IMG/VR virus record: IMGVR_UViG_3300020477_001475
Span: 32,001-96,000 of that record
Source of the DNA: a virus
DNA: 64,000 nucleotides
Reading direction: 5' to 3' (one strand)
In this document: in pieces, positions 7,801 to 19,800 of the stretch
Numbering within the stretch: the stretch's first letter is position 1
Layout of the letters: every line of letters starts with the position of its first letter
Position numbers and translations under genes: made by a program
Notes under the pieces: generated by a model
The model's input: only the letters and a program-made list of their open reading frames with translations
Told to the model about the DNA's origin: nothing
Databases searched by the model: none

Positions 7801-10800
7801 AACAACTGTAAAATTCTTCTTTATTAGCGACTAAATCAATAGAATCTTGATCATTAGTAAGGTATTTACTACAACCATAACTACCATCACCAAAATAATT
7901 TATAAAACAAGCATTTAAATCATTAGGCCATTCATACTCTAAGTCTTTACATAAACTACCTTGAAATCCTTCAGTCGCAAGTGGTGAAATTCCCAAACAT
8001 TCTCCATCCGGACAATCACTATTATCAAGTGAAGGTATACATGCTACTCCATGATTAGATCCACCATGACAATAACCTGCATCTTCACCTACTGCCATAT
8101 CAAACATAGCACATTCAAATATACAACCAACATTCGATTGGTCTGTAAATTCAATTATACTATTTGGATCAGCACAACCATGTTTATTATAAATACAGTC
8201 ACTTGGTTTATGTATAGTTATGTCATCACTTTCTTCATAATTACCGTAAGGAGGTATAGCCCCAGGATCTTTACAACCCAAACAATCTTTATGATCATGA
8301 GAATAAACTTTACAACCACAATGTAAATCCAACATGTCACCAGTATCTTCAGGATAATCAGTTGTTATATTAACTTGATGTATAGGATCATATGGCCATA
8401 TTGGAATATCATGAGTTTTTAAATCCCATACAACACTTTGCCAATAAAAATTATCTTCCCAATCCAAATCACCATTAGAATCTATTGGTTTCCTACCGTG
8501 TATATTTGTATCACCAAACCTAAATCCACCATAATAATTTGAAAATAATAATGGATATAAAACATCATCATTATGATAATTGGCACTACATTCACCAGTT
8601 TTAGAATATAAAGGTTTACACTGACCACTACAATCAATATCAGGTCCACCATATATAAATTCACCTAAATCATAATTTGTAGTAAGTCTTGGGAAATTGC
8701 CTATAAATGTATCACCGTCATCCAAACAAACACCACCATTTTGATCACATGTAAAGACTTCCACAATATCACCTTCAAAATCGGCGGGTTTAGAAGTTCC
8801 TCTCCAATGCGGTGAATTTAAATGTGTTATTTCACCTATATCATTTTTTATATTTGGGCAATTACGAATTGTATAAGGACTATTACATATACCACATTCA
8901 TCCAATTCACCATATTCAGTAAATGGATCTAAATTATCAATTCCAGTATCATCAGGATAAGTATCACAGTTACAATCCATTCTACGAACACCGGAACCAC
9001 CGTCATCAGCTCCAAAACTTTCTAAAGGACCCATACCAACCACACATGTTTTTATTCTCTCTGAACTATCGTCTTGTGGTCCAGGTACACAAACTTCATT
9101 TTTATTTTCCCATAATTTAAATAACCCACCAGGATCATCTGCACCATATGGGCCTATAGGATGATGAGGATTAACATCATTTACACCATCTTCACCCCTC
9201 ATATGTTTATTATCGGGATGTGTAATTATTTTTAAAGCCTTCAAAAATGGTATGTCTAATAATGCATTGTCTAATGGTATATACTGACCATCTTCATTTT
9301 CTTCAATCGTTTCACCATAATCAGACAAGGAATCGTTACAAAATTCATCGTATCTATAAACATACCCATAATTTAAACCTGCACATTGATTTAAATCATC
9401 TAAAACATTAATCCTGGCTGTCAAAGATCCAGCTGGTACACAATTTCCATGACAATCAGTAAAATTATATTCACATTGACACGCTGATAAAGTTGGTTCA
9501 TAACAACCGACTTGATAAGGATTACTACAATCTACTTCACCCATGTCTATAAATTCACCATTTTCTTCATCATAATAACCACATACAGGATGTAGTTCAT
9601 TTCCCGTAGGCCAATCTACTGGTTCACCTTCATAATCTGGAACACACTCCCAATCTTCACCAATACATGAAGAAAGTTGTTCACATTCATCATAATCTTC
9701 ATGATTTCCTAAACCTAAACAATTACATTTTCTAACAGCATCTTCAATTAATTCATCACCAACAAAAGGACCCATCCAACCAGGATGAATTCCACCGTTA
9801 GCCCACCATACATTATTATCATCACAACATTCTGGATTTGTATGATCAAAATTAGAATCCCTAAAACAAGGATACCCTCCAAAATTCTGATTATCTTCAG
9901 TATATGCTCCACCACTAACATCATCAGGATTCTTACAAATAGAGTTCTGATTTATATAACCAGTAATAGGTGAATAACAAGCATTTATACCAGTATGATT
10001 TGAATATGGATCATCAACTTCCCAGTGATAATCCCATCCCAAACATTTTATATCACCCCAATAACCTGTACCAGTAGAAGGAAGATTATTAGAGCTATTT
10101 CCAGTTGTTGGGAAAGTACAATAGTCCATTTCACATTGTATTTCTTCAAATAAATCATACCCAGCTTCAGCAGCAATTTGTTGACATCTATTATCAAGTT
10201 GAATTCTTCCAGAATTATTACCACTATAATTCATTAAAAATTCTATATTGGGTGCATCACATGTTGTATCAAAATCATTAAATGCTTGTTTCGAAGAAAA
10301 ATCAGACCAATTACCATCATTTAAACCTATGCATGCACCACGAAGTGGGTTACATCCTGAACATTGATATTTGCCAGTTTTTTCATCAAAGCATGTAAGA
10401 TTTGTATCATTTTCACAATAACCATAATTATCAGGTTTATTATTTTGAAAATTGGTATGATCAAATTTTAAAAATTCAGCTTGGTATATCCATTCACCAC
10501 CTTCATCAATACAATCAGACTCTGAAATATCATCACTCAAACCACCTTCACCTAAGTCACAATAATTTTCAAGATTTGGACAAGGTCTTCCATCAGAATC
10601 CCATCCGTCACCCTCACCATCACGTTTCCAAGTTAATGGCATAACACCACTTCTGCCGTTATCGGTTGGTAAATTAGGAGATCCAGCTAAAGAATGTTGT
10701 CCTTTATCCGGTATATAATTCCAACAACCACAACCATTATTTCCATAAAGATCTTCATCTGATCTAGTACCACCTTCACCCGAGAAAACATATTGACTAT

Positions 10801-13800
10801 TAACACAAGCTCCACAACTACCACCATGAAAGAATCCACTACCAAATCTAAGACCAGCACAATCGTATCTATATTCACAACAATAATTTTCATTTACTGT
10901 TGTACCATTATTACTACAATTGGTATCATCGTCATCCCACTCTTCATATTCACCACTATTTGGTCCGGTGATATATCCTCTTGAAATTTCAAAATCATAA
11001 CTTTTTAGAACAACATCTTCCCAACCTTCATCCAATCTTTGAAATACCAACTTAAATCCTCTACCATAAATTGGTAATTTAGATGGAACATCCCATTGAA
11101 ATACACCGGATCCCATAGCATCAGGAGATAAACTAGTTATAAACTTATGATTAAAATGATATTCACTATCTTCATCTAAATTAAACATAGGGTCTATAGA
11201 AAGACCTAAATTTGGGTGATAAAGATAAACATCAAAATTTCCAAGCCATAATTCATCTATGGATATTGTCCATTCAACAGATTGTGTGCTACCCGGTTTA
11301 AAAATACTACAATATGATGGAACATCTATTCTACCATCATCAACCCAACCATCTATAACATATGATTCATATTCAGCTATACATTCTACTACTGGTGGAT
11401 GATTTGGTATATCATAAACACCATCTCCATCTTCATCTGATTGGCAATAGAAATTATCCACGACACCAAAATTATAATCACCCCAACAATAATAATTTTC
11501 CGCGTTTGAATCAGTACAAGCTTTTATTGGTTCGTAAACACAACATTTTAAATAATTACAATCACTGGATGTATTCCACAATCTAGCACAAGATGAAGGG
11601 TTTCCTTCACCACCATCACAATCTTCGACATTAAAAACAGGTAAAACTTGAGAGTTAGTACCAAATAAACCTCTTCTAATTGTAACATAAAATTCACCAG
11701 AGTAATTAATATCTTCTGTTGATATACTCAAAACTTCAAAAACATCTAAATCATTACTATTATTATAATTTATAAAATCAGTATCAAGTATATCACCTGG
11801 TGTATGTGTTATATAAGAACCTACACTTAAATTCCATGGTCTTTCAGTCCATTTTTTAACAGTTAAAATCAATTGATCTGCTTCACCATCTACAGTAGAT
11901 TGATTAACAACCATTATATCAGTTTCTACAGGTGGTGAACCTGCAAATAAACAATCGTGTAATAAATTATTTTCACAATCACGAGTAGCATCAGGGTCAA
12001 AATTGAGAGCTCTATCATCTTTACACCCATAATCAAATCCAAATTCACAACAAGAATTATATCCATGTGAAGTTGGGTGAGATGTATTATTACATACATC
12101 ACCAACTACAGTTTCTTGAGCATCATGATAATATTCAGGACAAGGTTTTAATCCATTTCCACCAAAATCAGAATCACAAGATATAGCAATACCATACCAC
12201 CAATGTATATTAAAACATATACCTTGACCAGAATAACCACCTTCATCACAACCATATCCATTCGATAAACATTCTACACCGTCATCTCCCACTTCTTCAT
12301 TACTATTATAACCAAATGCTTCTAAACCTAGTCCAGTTGCATTTGTCATATTCCAATCACCTGTACAAGAAAAATCACAATCTTCACAATTAAAAACAGA
12401 TAAATTATTTCTACAACCAGTACAAGATTTATTCCAGGATTTATCAGATGGTACTTTAGTATTATCATCAAAAGTTGTTTCATATGGTGCCGATGAATGT
12501 AAATTATATATACAATTCCTGGCACCAGTATCACAATTACTTCTTTTAAATGGGTTCAATCCTACACCATTGGGATCGGGATATTCATCTGGTAGTTTAA
12601 TAGAAAATCCATCACACGATTCTTTTATACAATAATTTTCATCACCATCACATTCATCATTACAATTATTATTATCATAAATCGTACCATTAATATCATC
12701 AGAACATACATAAGAAATATCACCTTCACCATTTGTATATTCACATACACCTTGTAAAGCTATACCATTTAATGCAAAACCATCTTGTGCAGGCCAACAA
12801 TAACCTGAACATAATGATTCATCACCACTACAATCTACACCGAAATTATCATAATTTCTACAATACGAATTACCTACTGTTGCTGATGCTGATGATCGAC
12901 ATTCACCACAGTCATCATACAAATTTGAATAACAAAGACAAGATATACCTTGCTCATCAGCATTGTTCACATGAGGGAAATTACATATATTACCAGCAAC
13001 ATCACAACCATCGTCTTCACAGTTACAATTTTGACAAGTACCGCCCGAATCTGTACAATGTCCACTGTATGCTATTTGTCCTTGTCTATGTAATCCAATA
13101 TTATCACATCGGAATTCTTCATATTCATGATAACCAGTTTCCCAACAACCTATCCCATCACCATCTACATCTGGATACCACTTCTTTCTATATTCACAAC
13201 TACTGTTATGATGTGTTGCATCCGAATTATAATTACACACATAATCACTATTTTCATATTCTTGACATAAACCTATACAATCATTATCAATTTCAAATTG
13301 AGTAGTATCTACATTGAATATATCTTCTTCACTATCGTATTTACAATTTATCCACTTCATACCACCAGCTAAATCATCAACTTCACATCTGGTTAAAGGT
13401 CTATCATCCATACAACCATATACTGCAGAGTTTACTGTAAATTGTTCAGATTTTTTTATTAAACAATCATCATCTTGATAACATCCCGCTGGATAATATA
13501 CAGTTATTTCATAATCACCAGGCGAATAATCTGATAACCCATAAGTAACATCATTATTTTCATCACCAAGAGTTATTTTATTGAAGTCATCACCAGATGT
13601 ATTTAAAAGAAATATAGAACCACCTGGCTGTAATTCTACACAATCACCACTACACACACTGTTATCCCATATACCATCAATAAAATTCCAACATAAGGGA
13701 GGATCAGAATCATCATCACTAACGCATCTAAACCCACCAGGCAATCCATCAAATGTATTACAATTATTGAAACCATTATCATAATAGATTCCAACAGTAC

Positions 13801-16800
13801 AATCCACTTTCTTCACAGAATAAGAAAAAGTTTCATTTGTATAATCATCATCTGGATTTGTATTACGAATACAATGATATCCACCATCATAATATGAACT
13901 TATATCTTGATATATACTGTCATTTTCACTTACATCATTTAAATAAAAATAAAAAGGATAACCTTCGTATATAGTTGGTGCTCCATTTTCATTAGCATAA
14001 CTTGGTTCTATTATATCCAAATTAACACAAGAACCAACACAACCTTCTGGGTCAACATCATCAAAATTATCTATAAAACTTGGATATGTTAATACATCAC
14101 ATTCTTCAAAAGTACAATCTACATAATTTTGACATAATTCATCACTATATTGGCCAACTAAATCGGCGTCAACCAAACTCATACAATAATTGTGATATTC
14201 CTGACATACACAAGAATTATCTTTACATATATAGTTATCCGCTTGAGCTTCTACACAAGCTTGGTGATCATTATTATCACCATAATATGGAGGTTCAACC
14301 CACCAACCACATGTATCTCCTTCAATATTATGTGGTGCAGTAGGTATTTGCCAATAATATCCATTTTCATCATAAAAAGTTTGATTAACAATTCTTAATG
14401 GCCAATTATTTGAAAAATCTGAATCATTTGGGCAAAAGAACACACCACCATCACATTGTGCATTATTCCAAACCCATATTTCAATGGCCGTAGAATCAAA
14501 ACCTAAAACATCATATGGAAATGGATCCCATGTACAAGCTCCACCATAACCATAACCATCACCATCCCAATCTAAATAGTAAGCAGTTGGTGCTGGTCCA
14601 CCACAACCACATCCATAATCTAATATTTGACTATCAATATCACCCATATCACCAAAATTTTCATCTTCCCAACACATACCCATACAATTTTCTATAGGTA
14701 CATAATCAGAATTTATAGCTAATTGAACAAGTGATGGCCAATTATCCCAATTATTTATCAATACTGTATCCCATTCATCTGGAGTATTAGAACAATCAGG
14801 ATTAAATTGATCATCCAAACACATGAATCCGAAGGTAATATCTGTCACTCCACATCCAGGAATTAAATCTTCGGCATCCATTTCATCATCAGTTACAACA
14901 TCATACCAATTGATATAATATGGTATCCAAGCATCTACACCATCTAAATAAGGTTCTACATAACAAGGCTCAGATCCACCACCAACGATATATGTTAAAA
15001 ATTGATTTTCATCTACATTGTAATAGCAATCCAATTGATATACCCAACCAGGTATATGATAAAAAATACCATCTATGTCCTTTTCACCACAAAGATAATG
15101 AACCATACCACTCGCCAAACCATCACCATCTGTATCTTCCCACCATGTGTACTGACCACAACTGTCATTACCGGGTAAATCTTGACAAGATGTTAAACAA
15201 GCACAACACATATCTGTGTCTGGATTATTACATTGTACCCAATCATCTACGACACAACAATGTTCAACTTCATATTGACCAGTAGAATCTATAGTATGAT
15301 AACAATACTCTTTCATTTGAGTCCAATTAGGATCATTTATAGGATTATCATTACCATCATAACAAGGAATACCTTTACAATCACTACAACTCGTATTCCA
15401 ATCTTGATTATTAGGTATTTTATAAACACCATCTTCTAAATTTGGATTATCCATACAAGGGTTATTATTTTTATTAAAATAAAATACATTGTTTACATCC
15501 AAGTCATTTTTATACCATACTTGATTGTTATAACTAATCGCTGTATCTGTAAAATCAATATGACTCACATCACCAGAACAATTCAATTGCATACAAACAC
15601 CACAATCATCTGATTTTAAACGGCTGTTATTACCACTACAAGTATTGGTTAAATCCACCGTACATAAATTACTGTCATCATAACCATACTCCAATGGATC
15701 ACATCCATATGTTATACCATTTATAGAACTACATTCTTTGTCTGGTGTAACTGCTAGAGTATTACACACATTATCGGTACAAGGTTCACCTGTAACATTA
15801 TCACATATCGTAGTAGGTTCATTATTACATACCCAAGTATCTTGACAATAACCTTCCAATTTACATTCTTTTCTCCAATCCCTATAAACATCATCATCAG
15901 CAAAACAATCTCCACAATAATCACGACAATCATTATCATTCATGTAATCACAATATATGCATGTATCATCGTCATCATCATAACACCTGTTTTCATCTGT
16001 ACTAATACAATAACCACCCACCACCAATGGATCAGATTCATCTAATACATTAATACAAGCATTTTCTAAACAATTTTCATCTTCACTACCAAAATAACAA
16101 TTAAATCCCCAAGGCTGATAGTTTCCATCACCTATATGTTCACATGTAACACAACCTTCATCGTCCCAATCACCCAAACATATTTCATCTCGAGGCATAC
16201 CAGATGAATAACCATCACCATCTTCATCAGAATAACAAGTTTCTACATACCCATCACCACCACATTGATCACAAGTATCACAATCAGTACCATCATTACA
16301 CACACCATTACAACCTTGTGTCGCACAACCCAAAGACAACCCATTTTCACATCCAATTGGACCTTTACATTCATATTCACCATCACCATCACCAAGATCA
16401 AAACAAGTACCATTTGGACATTCTGGACAATTTTGTACACTACCATCATCAGGTATAATATAACCATCTGGATGTATTTGTATACATGTATGTGATGCAT
16501 CTAAAATATTACCATCTTGATCTCTACAAAAACTCATACATTCATCTTCATGACCTTCTTCCACACAATTACCACAAGAATCATAATAATCAGTATCACA
16601 TTCACAATAAGCATCACCAACAATAGATTCACACATACCAGCATTTTGTGATTCACAATAAACATCACCACTTGATAAAATACCATTCAATTGGTAAACT
16701 TTATCACTAGGATCACATTGTATATTTGTACCATAACATATACCACCTAATATAAAATCATTACCACACATTGAATCTAAACTTCCATCTTCAATCAATT

Positions 16801-19800
16801 CACCAGCAATATCATAACAATACTTAACCCATGGAAAGTCACACGCTGCACCATCACCATCACAATCAGAATAAAAAGTTAATCTTGTATCAACTAAATT
16901 AGCTATACATTCATTATTATTTCCACTAAATCCAATAGGAGGTGGACAATTTTCACCTATTTGGACATCATTAGGACATGATGGTCTAAAACAATTATTA
17001 GGACTACCACATAATGCTGTAGTATTAGTACGTGGATTACATTCTATACCACCAGATTCACCACCACAAGTATATTCATTACAAATTCTATCATAACCAT
17101 CTGTATCATCCCAAACAACTGGATAACAAAATTCACCACATGTTATAGTAGAATAACTTGGATCACTACCATCATATTTAAATTTACACGAACCATCTTC
17201 TTCGGTTGCAAATGGATTATAATTACAAGCTTCTGAATTAGTACAACCCCATACTTGACAATTCCAGTAAATATTACCTTCACTACTTTGACATACTTCT
17301 GGATTAGCAACGAATCTTATATAAGATGGATTAGTATCAGAACCAGATGCACCATAACCATATTCAAAATAATTGGACCCCTCTTCTTTACTTGCGGTAA
17401 ATTGTGCCAATATATATATGTTACCGTCATCAGGATTAAAAATTCTTATAGTATATTCATTTAAACCAACACCATCATATTTAATATTCTCTGGAAAATC
17501 ATATAGAGGTTTACCTTGAGCTCCTCTAGATAAACAATATTCATCACCTTCACAATCAGTAACTTCAGGATACCATGTATTGTCATGTGTACTTAATAAA
17601 TAATGCCAATCCCAATTTTCAGCAGTTTCTTCAAATATATCATCATAATGTGGATCGGTATCATTTAACAAATATTGAAATACTAATGGTGAAATATTTT
17701 CAGTCGACCATAATCCATCCCAAATATATAAACAAGGATCATTCTGATTATTGTCACAATACACAGAACAATCAGGATTACTGTCAGGACATTCACTATT
17801 ATCATCTGAAGGTAAACATGGTTTTTCTTCACCTGTTTGGCAGAAATAACCAGCTTCAGGATATAAACTATACCAGGTTTCATCTTCAGTACCTGTTAGT
17901 TCATTTACAAGATACGGTGGTTCAATATTACCAATATAATTTATATTAAAAGGAAAATGTCTGAATGTAGGCATAATACCTTTTATTTCACAATCTTCAA
18001 CACTTGTACAAGAATGGTTTGGATTGGGTAACCCAGATTGTAATGCAAATCCTTTGAATATACCAACCACATGATTGTCATAAGGAGATATATCACCATT
18101 ATCAAAATAACCTACATCTGGTACAGGTTGTCCTAACCAATCACCACCTTCTAAAGTTTCACCTTCAATTAAATTGACATTCATATAGAATACATCACCA
18201 TTAGGACCGTGAGAATCACTTACATTATAATAAGAAGTATACCAATTAAAAGGGAAATTTTCTATACAACTACCATCATCGTCTTCACATCTAGCAGGAT
18301 ATCCACCATTGTCCGGTAATGCTGCATCAACATTTACTTCACATTCACCAGCACTCAAATAAGATAGTTTATTTCCAGAAGTAATCCATTCATTTGAAGT
18401 ACTTGCATCAAAATGAGAAAGTGATTTCCATTCATAACTTTTCCATTCCGGAGTTAACCATTTTGCATATATCCATTCCCATTCATGACCACTCCACCCA
18501 TTTGCGTGATTACAATAATCATTATAATCTCTTCTACTACTACTGGAATAACCAATACCATGATGATCTTTATGTCCTGGTCCAGCACTTCCTATGGGAT
18601 ATGGTATATTACCCCTTATATCAGTTTCTTCTCCATCAGATGCATCAAAAAATTCTCTACCATTATCTGTATGATGATAACCTCTAGCTTCACCATAATG
18701 TATTGCTGCATTTTTACGATCCCAACATATACCATATTTATTATCACACCTATCACCACCACTATTATCAAGTCTTTCATCCAAAAACCAGTAATATGTT
18801 CTAATTTCACTTTCATCATCTTCCCATTCCCATGGAGGTCCAGTAGGAGTACAATCACCACCATATAAGCAACCATCAGTATCATAATCACCCATTAAAT
18901 TACTAAAGCCAGCTGGCCAATAATTAAGATTACCACCATCTTCATAATAATGTTTATCATATTTTTGCCAATGATAACCCCAGTCACAACCCACAGGACA
19001 GCCATCGTATTCTTCAGGATTACCAGTTTGTCTAATTATAGAACCATCATCAGGATTACTTAAACAATCATTAGATAAACCCTGATAAAAAGTATCTACA
19101 CTCCAAGAAACATATTTATAACATTCTCTTTGTGGAGTTAAAGCCCACAACTCAGTTGGACCACCCATTATAAAAGTTATTCTGTTTTCTTCATTTAAAG
19201 GTGCATTACCATCCCAAGGCCATTGTGCATAATCATCTTCGTGTAAACCACCTAGTGGTAAGGTAGCTCTTGGTAAATAACCACCTTCTGCCGACAATAG
19301 TATTTCGTCGCCTTCAAACCATTCACCATCATCTGTTTCATCACAATCATCTTCATTATCAATATCAGGATAACCATCACAATATGATTCACCTCTATAC
19401 CACCAATTTTCGTCATCCATTAAATCAAATACACAAAATCCTGTAGATTCACATTCATCTTGATCAGCTGCAACTAGTGTTTCACCTGTTAAGGGATTAA
19501 CACAAATTCCCATATCTTCACAAGTACTGTCATCTTCATACAAATCTGTAAACCATTCCAACACATTATCATCATCATCGTATAATACACAATAACCATA
19601 ATCTGTATCACCACAATATGTTTCCACATCAAAAGTTTCGGTGCACCCTTCACCTGTATTTGGATCACTCCCATCACCACAAGATTCTACTATATAACAA
19701 TTATTAAAACCTTCACATTCAGCTTGGTCCATAGTATCAGTTAAAATAACTATTGGGTCACAACATTGAGAACTATTATCACATTCATGAATAGTACCAA